The notes beneath the pieces were generated by a model. That model was not told the origin of the DNA. It ran no database searches and was given only the letters and a program-made list of their open reading frames with translations. 64,000 bases of DNA from the NCBI GenBank assembly GCA_964618625.1, contig CAZUBI010000001.1, forward strand, positions 164,781 through 228,780, read 5' to 3'. The DNA is from an uncultured Candidatus Saccharibacteria bacterium. GTDB lineage: Bacteria; Patescibacteriota; Minisyncoccia; UBA6257. The position numbers and the translations under genes were made by a program. Of this stretch, positions 8,821 through 17,914 are shown in pieces. Numbering within the stretch: the stretch's first letter is position 1; every line of letters starts with the position of its first letter.

Positions 8821-9346
8821 TTATTTTAATTACCTTATTTGATTTTTCTTTCCAGCTTTTAAAAGATTTTATTCCAATATCCCACGAATTAAGTCCTTTT
8901 CCGACTATAAAATTCTTTTTATAAAAATCGCTTGTTTTTATATCTAAACTAATAGTTCTTTTACTCTGATCAACTATAATCCAATGTTCATTAACATACA
9001 CCTCTATAACACAATGCCCCCTGTTTTTAGGGTTTAATTTATCTATACCCATTATATATTTTGCAGGAATTCCTACTGCTCTGCATAGCGTCGCAAATAC
9101 TAAGGCATTATCATGACACCCTGTAGTAAAACCATCTTCCAAAACCTTATTAACATTTCTCCTAGCAAATATCTTTAGTATCTTTTTATAATCTTTACAT
9201 TGTTTAAGGTTTTTATCCATCCATCGAATAATACTCTCTATTTTTTCAAAATCATTTCCTGAAAATTTAGAAACTAATTTTTTAATTGATTTAGTAACCT
9301 TGCTTTGTTTTCCTTCTTTTAACCAAATTTTTATATTTTCTTTCAT
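8804..9346 (-). CDS. transglutaminase-like cysteine peptidase family protein
   Basis: 180 aa; GCHDNALVFATLCRAVGIPAKYI matches the transglutaminase-like core. Confidence 0.65.
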   Translation of the reverse strand: MKENIKIWLKEGKQSKVTKSIKKLVSKFSGNDFEKIESIIRWMDKNLKQCKDYKKILKIFARRNVNKVLEDGFTTGCHDNALVFATLCRAVGIPAKYIMGIDKLNPKNRGHCVIEVYVNEHWIIVDQSKRTISLDIKTSDFYKKNFIVGKGLNSWDIGIKSFKSWKEKSNKVIKIISKIN

Positions 9347-9356
9347 ATTTTAAAAT

Positions 9357-9376
9357 TCTCAATTAATTTTTCTACA
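9357..9376. repeat. junction repeat (CTAC subtype)
   Basis: TTCTCAATTAATTTTTCTAC; identical to 5001-5020. Confidence 0.8.
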
Positions 9377-9827
9377 ATGATATTTTTTCTAAAACTTTTT
9401 CAAACCCAGGCAGTAATTTCAACTTTTTTGCGTCTCTCAATCTAATCCATTTATAATCTTTTGCTTCCCAATTCAGTTTCACCTTATCTGTTCTTACCTT
9501 AACCAACACTGGATGAACAATCCATGTCTTCTTATATCGGAGCGCTTCCTGATGAAAAATCTCGCCCATACAAATGCTTTTTATTTCTTTTCCGCCAATA
9601 CCTAGCTCTTCCTTTAATTCCTCTTTTACTTTTTGCTTAAGAGTTTTTTTATCATCTAAAAATCCAGAAATGCCATTCCAATAACTCGGATAAAAAGCCA
9701 AATTTTCGCTTCGTTGAACAACTAATACTTTTCCCTTGTAATTCAAAACACAATTTATTACTGGCACCCAATGCACTTCAGTATAATCAATTTGCCCTGG
9801 TTTTGGTTTAAATTTAATCTTTTTCAT
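9372..9827 (-). CDS. NUDIX hydrolase (duplicate copy)
   Basis: 151 aa, amino-acid identical to 5017-5472; the ~505 bp duplicated segment is bounded by junction repeats. Confidence 0.85.
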   Translation of the reverse strand: MKKIKFKPKPGQIDYTEVHWVPVINCVLNYKGKVLVVQRSENLAFYPSYWNGISGFLDDKKTLKQKVKEELKEELGIGGKEIKSICMGEIFHQEALRYKKTWIVHPVLVKVRTDKVKLNWEAKDYKWIRLRDAKKLKLLPGFEKVLEKISL

Positions 9828-9865
9828 ATTATTAACACAATAAAACTATAATAGATTTTATTTTT

Positions 9866-9913
9866 GAACTTGTCCTGAGCTTACCGAAGGATTAATTTTT
9901 CGACTTTTTGGTA
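9866..9913. repeat. junction repeat, long variant
   Basis: GAACTTGTCCTGAGCTTACCGAAGGATTAATTTTTCGACTTTTTGGT. Confidence 0.8.
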
Positions 9914-9920
9914 ATTTACT

Positions 9921-10568
9921 TTATTCCCATAAATCTTCTTCGGAAATTAAAAAATCTTTTCTTTCTTTTAAACTTTTTATTACTTCATTAAAATGCTTGA
10001 TGCATTCTAGAAAACCATTCTTAGAAATTTCCTTTGCCTTTTTTGTATAAAACCCCTCTTTAATAAATTTTTGAGTTCTTATTATCCCTCTTTCAATCCA
10101 TTTATCCATTGGGGTTGTTGATTCTTGTTGCGCTTTGTAAAAACTAAAAACCCCGCTAATTCCGGATTTTTCTAATCTATCCGCATCAAAAAGGATTTTC
10201 GCCTCAATTGTTTCTGGCTCTATTTTACCATCATGCGATTCTATGCAATGAGCAATTTTTTCAATTTCTTTTTTAGAATACCCGAGCTTCGGTATATCTC
10301 TTTTTATAATTGACACCCCTGCCTCTTTATGGTTTTCATGTTTACTTTCTGTTCCTCCAATATCATGCAGCAAAACAGCAGGGATTAGAATAAAATAATT
10401 TATATCATTCTCTATTTCGGCAATAATTAAAGCTCTGTATAAATCCCTTAAAACATGTTCTAAATTGTGCTGTGGAAGATTTGCCTTATCATATTTCTCT
10501 TTTGCATAATCATAAACTTTCTTTATCCGAGGATCTTTTTCAACAAAATAATCTAATTTCTTCACCAT
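9921..10568 (-). CDS. HD-domain phosphohydrolase
   Basis: 215 aa; H..LLHDIGG..D metal-binding HD motif. Confidence 0.8.
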   Translation of the reverse strand: MVKKLDYFVEKDPRIKKVYDYAKEKYDKANLPQHNLEHVLRDLYRALIIAEIENDINYFILIPAVLLHDIGGTESKHENHKEAGVSIIKRDIPKLGYSKKEIEKIAHCIESHDGKIEPETIEAKILFDADRLEKSGISGVFSFYKAQQESTTPMDKWIERGIIRTQKFIKEGFYTKKAKEISKNGFLECIKHFNEVIKSLKERKDFLISEEDLWE

Positions 10569-10580
10569 ATTTCTAAATTT

Positions 10581-10907
10581 TTATTTTTTTGTCTTTATTA
10601 AAAATAGTCGTTTTTTAAAGCCTCCCCGCTTTTTATTTTTTACTTTTTGTTGTTTGTGAATTTGTAATTTTGTTAGACCACTTTCCGATATTAAAACATT
10701 AATTAATTCTTGAACATCAACGATTTCATTAATAACCTCTTTTTTGCCCTTGGCTTCAATTAATTCTTTTGCTTCTTCCAGTATTTTCTTCTTTATCTCT
10801 TTAATATATTCTTTTTTATTTAAAACTCGAAAATAGGGCTTTTCTTTATTTGCCTCTATAATTTCCAAAATTCTATCCCGAATTAACTTATTATGTTTTT
10901 TAATCAT
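10581..10907 (-). CDS. MazG-like NTP pyrophosphohydrolase (putative)
   Basis: 108 aa; KLIRDRILEI, EEAKELIEA, EIVDVQELINVL pattern typical of small MazG/HisE-like all-alpha NTP pyrophosphatases. Confidence 0.55.
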   Translation of the reverse strand: MIKKHNKLIRDRILEIIEANKEKPYFRVLNKKEYIKEIKKKILEEAKELIEAKGKKEVINEIVDVQELINVLISESGLTKLQIHKQQKVKNKKRGGFKKRLFLIKTKK

Positions 10908-10913
10908 TTTTAT

Positions 10914-10937
10914 TTCTCAATTAATTTTTGACGTTTT
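10914..10937. repeat. junction repeat
   Basis: TTCTCAATTAATTTTTGACGTTTT. Confidence 0.8.
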
Positions 10938-10965
10938 TATTTTCTATAACTTCAATTATCAGTAT

Positions 10966-11541
10966 TTATATTTCTTTTTTTCTTTCATTTAAATACTTCC
11001 CAAATAAAGATTTCGTAGTTTTTGTTGAAAAGGGTCTTTTTATTAACTTCTCTTCATTTTCTAAATACTCAACCATAGCTTTTTTATCCTTTCTAAGAAT
11101 ATTCTTCATAATAGAAAATCCTTTTAGTGTTGCCATCCACATAAAGTCCAAATCGTTAAATACACCTAAAATGAGATCCTCCTTGTATATTTTATCTTCT
11201 CCTAATGCCCAATTATCATGAACCGATACATAGTATGAAATTTGGTTAATTTTATCTTTATTATAATTTAATTTCATTAAAATATTCCTTGATATTTTTT
11301 CTCCCTCCTCCATATGAGCCTTACGTAAATTAAGATCGAGAGGATTGCCTGATTCTATATTTCTATATCCAACATCATGTAAAATAACAAGCGGCAATAA
11401 TAAAGAATCGTCAATATTTTCTTCTTCGCATATAAACATAGCATCCTTCATCATCCAATTTATATGCTCTATATCATTAGGCCGCCCTTTTTCATAATAA
11501 GGCTTTGCTAACTTCCAGATATCTTTATATACTTCTTTCAC
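10966..11541 (-). CDS. HD-domain protein
   Basis: 191 aa; ILHDVGY plus downstream His/Asp residues. Confidence 0.75.
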   Translation of the reverse strand: MKEVYKDIWKLAKPYYEKGRPNDIEHINWMMKDAMFICEEENIDDSLLLPLVILHDVGYRNIESGNPLDLNLRKAHMEEGEKISRNILMKLNYNKDKINQISYYVSVHDNWALGEDKIYKEDLILGVFNDLDFMWMATLKGFSIMKNILRKDKKAMVEYLENEEKLIKRPFSTKTTKSLFGKYLNERKKEI

Positions 11542-11556
11542 TTTTTTAAAGATTTT

Positions 11557-11584
11557 ATTTTCAATTAATTTTTGACCTTTTGGT
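11557..11584. repeat. junction repeat
   Basis: TTTTCAATTAATTTTTGACCTTTTGGTT, followed by AGAT (GTTAGAT). Confidence 0.8.
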
Positions 11585-12167
11585 TAGATTTTTCGGAAAG
11601 TCTTATATATTTGATTAGTTTATTACCATCAATTAATTCAATTGGTTTATCTTCTGCAAATCTTTCAGCTTCTTCAGTAAAAAAATTAGTTGTGATAAAA
11701 AAAGCTTTATCATTAGATAATTTATCAGATAAAGCCCCACAAAACTCCCTAACGTCTTTAACTCCTACTTTATTATTATAATGCTTGCATTGAATATAGT
11801 GTTTTATTCCATCTTTTTCAGCAATAACATCAATTCCTTCATCATATGAACTACCAATAACCCTAGTTTTATATCCCAATTTATTAAATAAATCTCCAAT
11901 ATAATGTTCGAATTCCCAATGTTTTAAATTGTTCAACCACTTTATTAATTCTCCATCAGTGTTAAATTGACTTCGTTTATGAATTTTAGATCTTTTAATC
12001 AACAACCTTACTACGATCAGAGCAGCTAAAAACGCTAGCCCCCATAATAACAACTTCCAAAAAAGTACTTTATTTGTCCATAAAAAGATTAGTAGAAAAA
12101 GTACATAAACAATACCTACTTCTTTTAAAATATCTTCTAGTGTGTCTAACCATGCTTTTCTTGACAT
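11565..12167 (-). CDS. membrane-anchored Mrr-cat restriction-endonuclease-like protein
   Basis: 200 aa; two N-terminal TM helices then GIDVIAEKDGIKHYIQCKHY (D..EK..QxK PD-(D/E)xK-like Mrr_cat core); C-terminus NQKVKN* is read from the junction repeat. Confidence 0.7.
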   Translation of the reverse strand: MSRKAWLDTLEDILKEVGIVYVLFLLIFLWTNKVLFWKLLLWGLAFLAALIVVRLLIKRSKIHKRSQFNTDGELIKWLNNLKHWEFEHYIGDLFNKLGYKTRVIGSSYDEGIDVIAEKDGIKHYIQCKHYNNKVGVKDVREFCGALSDKLSNDKAFFITTNFFTEEAERFAEDKPIELIDGNKLIKYIRLSEKSNQKVKN

Positions 12168-12186
12168 ATTTTTATAATTAAATTAT

Positions 12187-12210
12187 TTTTCAATTAATTT
12201 TTGACCTTTC
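12187..12210. repeat. junction repeat
   Basis: TTTTCAATTAATTTTTGACCTTTC, then ACGAAG. Confidence 0.8.
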
Positions 12211-12234
12211 ACGAAGTTGAAATTTATAAGGTTA

Positions 12235-12591
12235 TTATTTTCTACTGAAAATGAGCATCGTTATAAAAATAATAACTGAAGGTATCCCAAAAGCTAATGC
12301 AAGTGTTTTGTTGCCAGAAACAAAATAATTTATAGAAAAACCAACGCCTCCAATTGATAGAAACTTAAACAACTCTATCCAAAAAAAGGTTTTTTGTCTT
12401 TCTTCTAAAACTACATTCTTTTTTTCTTGTTCAAATTTCTCCTCCCTCATTTTTTCAAGTTCATCCTGCGTTTCTTTTAAAGATTCTTTCAGTGTTTTAT
12501 TTTCATTAATAACAATTTTTACTACGCCCGGGCTTTTCAGGTCTTTTTTGGTTAAATCCGTTATTTTTTTATTATTTTTGTGACCCGACAT
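12235..12591 (-). CDS. hypothetical coiled-coil/membrane protein
   Basis: 118 aa; charged coiled-coil segment then two C-terminal TM helices. Confidence 0.5.
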   Translation of the reverse strand: MSGHKNNKKITDLTKKDLKSPGVVKIVINENKTLKESLKETQDELEKMREEKFEQEKKNVVLEERQKTFFWIELFKFLSIGGVGFSINYFVSGNKTLALAFGIPSVIIFITMLIFSRK

Positions 12592-12592
12592 G

Positions 12593-12970
12593 TTAAGTAA
12601 AAAATAGGTTTATCGGGTCCTTTTCTGACCAAGAAAAAGATTTAAATGGTTTAAATGGAACAAATTCAGTAAATGGACGAAATGATTCGAATTCTACAAA
12701 CCCTGGAAATGGCTTAAATTGTTTAAACGGGAAAAATGGCGCAGGATAATCAGTCGGATTTTCGCCAAACCCAACACAATTGCCACCCTTATCTCTCATT
12801 ATCCCATTCTCAAACCAGCCAACGTATCTCCCAGAATAATTAAAAAGATTTCCATCTTTTACAAAACCAATGCTTTTGCCGGGAAAGCTAACTAACCTAC
12901 CATTATCAAGTAGCCTTAAGGTTGGCGCTCCGTATCTATTGTAAATTGTGTCAATTTCTTGCTCGTTCAT
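12593..12970 (-). CDS. hypothetical protein with C-terminal FKPFP-type short repeats
   Basis: 125 aa; ORF abuts the downstream gene (1 bp gap). Confidence 0.5.
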   Translation of the reverse strand: MNEQEIDTIYNRYGAPTLRLLDNGRLVSFPGKSIGFVKDGNLFNYSGRYVGWFENGIMRDKGGNCVGFGENPTDYPAPFFPFKQFKPFPGFVEFESFRPFTEFVPFKPFKSFSWSEKDPINLFFT

Positions 12971-13036
12971 AAATGAGACGATACTTTACAACTTACGTTT
13001 TTATCTCCCCGCTCATTAATTTTGGTAAAAGTAAAT

Positions 13037-13086
13037 CACGAAGGATATTTTAATTTTAATTTTATTTCTCAATTAATTTTTCGATC
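13037..13086. repeat. junction repeat (CGAAGGAT piece plus short variant)
   Basis: CACGAAGGATATTTTAATTTT ... TTCTCAATTAATTTTTCGAT. Confidence 0.7.
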
Positions 13087-13412
13087 TAAAAATGAAAATT
13101 CTTAAGCCAATGAACTATTTTTTGAAACGACTTTGTCCTCGACAAAACACTTCCCAGCCATCCCATAATTAATCCTAAAATTGATAATATAATTGCAGCA
13201 GCATAAGGATTTTCAAAAAGTTTTACAAGATTTTCCTGTTTTGAAAAAAAACTATATAATAAAAACATTAAAAGACCCCAGAGTGCACTAAGTGCAAAAT
13301 ATTCAAAATCCCTTTTTTCTTTTGATCCTATAAAATAACGAAACGACCAGACTGTAATAAATCCAGGTATAACAAAGAGAAAAAAATGAAAATTCAATGG
13401 TTGTTCTAGCAT
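13086..13412 (-). CDS. small membrane protein
   Basis: 108 aa, three hydrophobic helices. Confidence 0.5.
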   Translation of the reverse strand: MLEQPLNFHFFLFVIPGFITVWSFRYFIGSKEKRDFEYFALSALWGLLMFLLYSFFSKQENLVKLFENPYAAAIILSILGLIMGWLGSVLSRTKSFQKIVHWLKNFHF

Positions 13413-13436
13413 ATTAATATTATGAATATTTTAGAA

Positions 13437-13462
13437 ATTTATTAATTTTTGACCCTTTGGTT
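13437..13462. repeat. junction repeat
   Basis: ATTTATTAATTTTTGACCCTTTGGTT. Confidence 0.7.
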
Positions 13463-14185
13463 TGGAGTGCTTAAGACTTCTTTTAAAAGTTGCGTAGCAG
13501 GATTAATAGGGCGCGCAATTCCAAGTCCAACGATTTCATATCTTTGTTGCTTTCCAACAATTGGTTTTGCAAATCGACCACTAATAAAACCTATGATCCT
13601 ACTAGATTTTTGAGAAAAAACTGGAGATCCACTAAATCCTTTGTCGCAATTTGTGTCTAAATAAAATAGCTCCGTTTTCTTTGTATTAGAATTCTTTTTG
13701 ATTGTAGCTATTATTGCATGAATATTTACAAAAGAAACGTTTTTTCTACCTGAAGAAATAGCCATTGTTGACTCGGGAAATCCAGAGAAAAAAAGTTTTT
13801 CACCTTCTTTAACTTTTTCAGAATCAGCAATAGCTAAAGGCTTAATGAACTGCTTTTTATCTTTATTAGCTCCCTCAGATATTTTCAGTAACTCAATAAT
13901 AACACAATCATTAATTATGTCTTGAGTTACAAATTTAGCATCACACATAATATAGTTAAATTCGTCTGATGAATCTAAAATCCAAATTTTTAGATTTCCC
14001 TTATCTTTATCAGGTATTTGATTATACACATGTGCCGCTGAAACAAAATAAGACGAGGATACACAAAAAGTTGTTCCTCTTATACCTAAAATTGTTTTTC
14101 CATTATTAGTACTGAAAAAACCAATAATCCCAATTGATGGTTTAACTCTCTCAATAAACTTCTCCAATGAATTTCTAAAACACAT
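13442..14185 (-). CDS. trypsin-like (S1/chymotrypsin-fold) serine protease
   Basis: 247 aa; VSAAHV (His block) and GFSGSPVF (Ser block, GDSGGP-like); C-terminus NQRVKN* is read from the junction repeat. Confidence 0.65.
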   Translation of the reverse strand: MCFRNSLEKFIERVKPSIGIIGFFSTNNGKTILGIRGTTFCVSSSYFVSAAHVYNQIPDKDKGNLKIWILDSSDEFNYIMCDAKFVTQDIINDCVIIELLKISEGANKDKKQFIKPLAIADSEKVKEGEKLFFSGFPESTMAISSGRKNVSFVNIHAIIATIKKNSNTKKTELFYLDTNCDKGFSGSPVFSQKSSRIIGFISGRFAKPIVGKQQRYEIVGLGIARPINPATQLLKEVLSTPNQRVKN

Positions 14186-14193
14186 AAATTTTT

Positions 14194-14213
14194 AAATTAA
14201 TTTTTGACCTTTT
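14194..14213. repeat. junction repeat
   Basis: AAATTAATTTTTGACCTTTT. Confidence 0.7.
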
Positions 14214-14270
14214 AAAATTTCTCCTAATTTTTTGGTGACTAGGACATAAATATAATTGCTTACTCGATAA

Positions 14271-16112
14271 TTATTTATTCTCATCAATTTGTGGTATAAG
14301 AAGTTGCGGTCGTTCTTTTATTTCTTGTTGAATAAATTTATCTAAGCTATCCTTTATTAAAATGAGTTGGGCGCGTTGTTTTTCTGTCAATTTAAATTCC
14401 ACATCTTTTAAATCTCCATCCTTAAATAAAATACCAAGCGCTTGTATTTCCCGAGGCTTACTAGGATTATTTGATGGTAAATTAAACTCGGTCCGAATAT
14501 TTTCTATAAGATCTCCGAAGTCATCTATTTCTTTCTTCAAAACCGTTTCTAAATTTTTACCAAATACTAACAACCTATTGTTAATTACTATCTCTGCATT
14601 TTTAACCTTCCTAATATCATCCATGGAAATATCGAAAGCGGTTGAATCTTTATTTTGAGCACTAGATTGATTAAGCACTTTAATAATTCTTTCGTTTATG
14701 CCATTTTCGCTGTTTGCCTCATCTCTATCAATCACTATAAGACAAGGGATTCCGAAAGCAGTAAGAAAAGTATAAATGGATGGAATATTATTTTTTCCAT
14801 CCGCTATTACCAACGCAAATTGATTTTTATCAATATTTGAAAAAGAATGAAATACCTCTGCGTCAGAGGGCCCTTCTACAATAACCGCTCTAGGAGCGAA
14901 AAGAGCTTCCCTCAAGCCGTTTGCAACTGTTTCAATAAGACTGTAATGAATATGTTGATCACTAATATTCTCTTTCTGTTGTCCCAAAGAAATTGTATGC
15001 TTCCTAAGTAGGGTACTATCCACATGTCTAACACTTATATTTTTATTTTCTTCCCATAAGACAACTATGTCTTCAAAGCTCCCGCAATCAATAAAATCTT
15101 CCGAATGAGTAGTATAAATTATTTGCCCTTCGGTATCCTCAGTTTTAATAGCTTGTTTCAAAACAGTAAACAAAGTTTTTCTTGCTTGTGGATGAAGGTA
15201 GCTTTCTGGCTCTTCTACTAAAAGCACAGCCCGATTATTTCTACTGTGTCTTTTCAAATAAGTTCGATAAATAGCTATAATTGCTAGTCTTTGAACACCT
15301 TCTCCTAATGTTTCCAACGGAACTTTGTTGCCATGTCTTTTAACCGAAAGCTTAAACTGACGATAATACCGCCATGGTTCATAATCAAGAAACTCCAGAT
15401 CTGTTCCACTAAGATTTAGAGGCTTAATCTGGCCCCAAAAAGTTTTTATATCTTTCTCAATATTCTTAAATTCCTGAGGGGCTCTTAATACCTTGACTGC
15501 ATCCGATATTTTCTTTTCAAATTCTTCTACTTTTTTCCCTTCATCTTCTTCGCTAAATATTCTTTCAACCTTCTGCAACATTCTCCCCAAAACACCCCAC
15601 TTGTTTGATGGTTGTTCGCCCTGAAGTTTTATCAGAGGAATCGTAATAACAACTGGTAAATTATTCTTGATATCCTGGCTTATTCTTATTTCGTTCTCCC
15701 ATTTATTTTTGGCTATTTCCCAATCACATTTATTAAAATCGTTTATCGTGTTGAGGAGAAAATAGTCAACACCAACAGAAGATTCACCATATCCAGTTTT
15801 TAAATGGTAGGCTTCAATAAGCAAACCGATAACTTCTTTATTTTCCCCGTAATAGGAAATTTCAATTGGGCTATTAAATTCCGCCGCTAGAATAATCTTT
15901 CTAGAAAGTTTATTGTTATAAAAATCATTTTCATTAAATTGGCTAGATGGCCATTTATCACCAAACAAAATATCTAGTGCCTTCAAAATGGTACTTTTGC
16001 CAACATTATTTGGACCAATCAAAGCAGTAAGACCAGAATTAGAAAATTCTATTATGACTGGTTCATCACCAAAACAGCGATAATTTTTTATTAGAAGCCT
16101 TTTTATAAACAT
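14271..16112 (-). CDS. OLD-family ATP-dependent endonuclease (AAA ATPase + Toprim)
   Basis: 613 aa; N-terminal Walker A GPNNVGKST in the LLIKNYRCF..LTALIGPNNVGKSTILKAL context typical of OLD/AAA_15-21; C-terminal Toprim block AVIVEGPSDAEVF. Confidence 0.8.
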   Translation of the reverse strand: MFIKRLLIKNYRCFGDEPVIIEFSNSGLTALIGPNNVGKSTILKALDILFGDKWPSSQFNENDFYNNKLSRKIILAAEFNSPIEISYYGENKEVIGLLIEAYHLKTGYGESSVGVDYFLLNTINDFNKCDWEIAKNKWENEIRISQDIKNNLPVVITIPLIKLQGEQPSNKWGVLGRMLQKVERIFSEEDEGKKVEEFEKKISDAVKVLRAPQEFKNIEKDIKTFWGQIKPLNLSGTDLEFLDYEPWRYYRQFKLSVKRHGNKVPLETLGEGVQRLAIIAIYRTYLKRHSRNNRAVLLVEEPESYLHPQARKTLFTVLKQAIKTEDTEGQIIYTTHSEDFIDCGSFEDIVVLWEENKNISVRHVDSTLLRKHTISLGQQKENISDQHIHYSLIETVANGLREALFAPRAVIVEGPSDAEVFHSFSNIDKNQFALVIADGKNNIPSIYTFLTAFGIPCLIVIDRDEANSENGINERIIKVLNQSSAQNKDSTAFDISMDDIRKVKNAEIVINNRLLVFGKNLETVLKKEIDDFGDLIENIRTEFNLPSNNPSKPREIQALGILFKDGDLKDVEFKLTEKQRAQLILIKDSLDKFIQQEIKERPQLLIPQIDENK

Positions 16113-16166
16113 AAAGATTTTAGTTCTTCAATTTTTCCCAATATTTCTTCCTATTTTTTATTATTT

Positions 16167-16238
16167 TTTATTTTCGACCTTTTTTATTTTTCAACTTGTC
16201 CTGAGCCTGTCGAAGGATTAATTTTTGACCTTTTGGTT
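16167..16238. repeat. junction repeat (partial copy plus long variant)
   Basis: TTATTTTCGACCTTTTTT ... TCAACTTGTCCTGAGCCTGTCGAAGGATTAATTTTTGACCTTTTGGTT. Confidence 0.8.
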
Positions 16239-16269
16239 ATTACGTTCAAAAATCAGACCTCATAATAAA

Positions 16270-17883
16270 TTAACTTTCGGACTCAGTGCCCATAGTCATA
16301 AAAGATACATTGTATCTAAATGCTCCATTCAATCTTTTTTGTGCATTTCGTAAATTTATTTTGCTAAAAAATGGAATATCAATTAAATTTCCATGCTTAC
16401 TGACAATCGCAAAAACAATTGTATATTCTGATGACTCTGGTCTTGTAATGGGCACTAATGATCTATGCGAAGAAGGTAAGATATCTCGCACTTTTTTTCT
16501 AAACTCTACATCAGACAAAAACAATTCTCCCGATACAAGACCTTGCGAAAATAGATGACTTAATACTGATGATGCGCCATATCGTTTGACATGAATAATC
16601 TTTTTATCACTGGTTAAAAGATCACAAAATTCAATCTTGCTATGGGCACCACCGTGAGAAACAAGTTTGCTATCCATATTACACACTCCTGAAAGCTCCA
16701 CGGATACTCTCTTATTATACTCGTCTTCCTTCTCTCCTTTTTGAGATTCTGGCAAACTAACAACTGGTGTAATCGTTCGGATACCCTCAAAATGATTATT
16801 AATTTCGTTAGCGAAATTAGTCTCTACTTCATACCATCTCCCATTGCTCAAAATATATGTTTTATCATTCTTTGTTAACTCTCCATATAAACAATTATAT
16901 GCTTTCCAGTGATCAATTAACTCCTCATTTTCTGCACCAATGCAATCAATAATTTCCGATTTAAATATTCCCAATGATAAATTATCACGAGCATTTGGAT
17001 CTAATGCCATAATAAAATCTTGTAAATAAATATCGTCACCTAGCGAATTTTTATTGCTTTCCATGCGAAATTCTAAAACTTTTTCCCATGGAATAATACT
17101 TGGAATTGCCATCCAAATTTTTTCTATATCTTCTATGCCTGAATTCTTAACTTTTTCTATCAGCTCATTATTTAATTCCTCAATAATCTTCGGGGATTTA
17201 ATTTCTGCAATATTATCTATCCAACTAAAATTGTTTTTATAATCACTACTATTATATTTTTCATAACATAATTTAAGAAAATTCTTGATATTTTTTAATT
17301 TTATTTTTATAGAAAGTGACAAAGCATCTTTTCCTGTAACTGTTTGTCCAAACTCTTCAAATTTCGATTTACCAGTCATTCCTTGTAGTAAATCTTGCTC
17401 AATATCAATTCCAAAATCTGCAACTGACCCACTTCTGGTCATTTGTTCAGTCACAAGCTTTGGAATAACTGTCATGTTCTTCCTATCAATATTTCTAATA
17501 TTCTCATGGTCAATTATATTAACTAAAACTTTGAGCCCAAACCGTTCTTCCCATACACCAGGATTCAAAAGCGTTCTACCATAACCAAATGTTACAGCAA
17601 ACAATCTACCTTCCACTTGAACAAGAAGGACTGCTTTTGCGCTGGCACTAAATATCTTAAGTTTATTATTGCCGTTTAGTTTTATATAATTATCAAAATC
17701 ACTCCCAAAAAACTTTTTAAGCCAAGTCGGTGAAAATATGTATGACTCCCCATAATAAATGTTCCCTACCTCATCTATTTGTTCGGTACTCAAATCATCA
17801 ACATTTTTAAAAATATCTACATCATTTGTATATTCATCTTTGATGAGATAAATCGTTAATTTGTTGCAATATTCTCTTGGCAT
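16270..17883 (-). CDS. hypothetical 537-aa protein immediately upstream of the OLD nuclease
   Basis: Long uninterrupted ORF; no motif I can assign; N-terminus MPREYCNKLTIYLIKDEY. Confidence 0.7.
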   Translation of the reverse strand: MPREYCNKLTIYLIKDEYTNDVDIFKNVDDLSTEQIDEVGNIYYGESYIFSPTWLKKFFGSDFDNYIKLNGNNKLKIFSASAKAVLLVQVEGRLFAVTFGYGRTLLNPGVWEERFGLKVLVNIIDHENIRNIDRKNMTVIPKLVTEQMTRSGSVADFGIDIEQDLLQGMTGKSKFEEFGQTVTGKDALSLSIKIKLKNIKNFLKLCYEKYNSSDYKNNFSWIDNIAEIKSPKIIEELNNELIEKVKNSGIEDIEKIWMAIPSIIPWEKVLEFRMESNKNSLGDDIYLQDFIMALDPNARDNLSLGIFKSEIIDCIGAENEELIDHWKAYNCLYGELTKNDKTYILSNGRWYEVETNFANEINNHFEGIRTITPVVSLPESQKGEKEDEYNKRVSVELSGVCNMDSKLVSHGGAHSKIEFCDLLTSDKKIIHVKRYGASSVLSHLFSQGLVSGELFLSDVEFRKKVRDILPSSHRSLVPITRPESSEYTIVFAIVSKHGNLIDIPFFSKINLRNAQKRLNGAFRYNVSFMTMGTESES

Positions 17884-17886
17884 ACT

Positions 17887-17914
17887 TTTTCAATTAATTT
17901 TTGACCTTTTGGTT
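17887..17914. repeat. junction repeat
   Basis: TTTTCAATTAATTTTTGACCTTTTGGTT, followed by GGGC (GTTGGGC). Confidence 0.8.
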
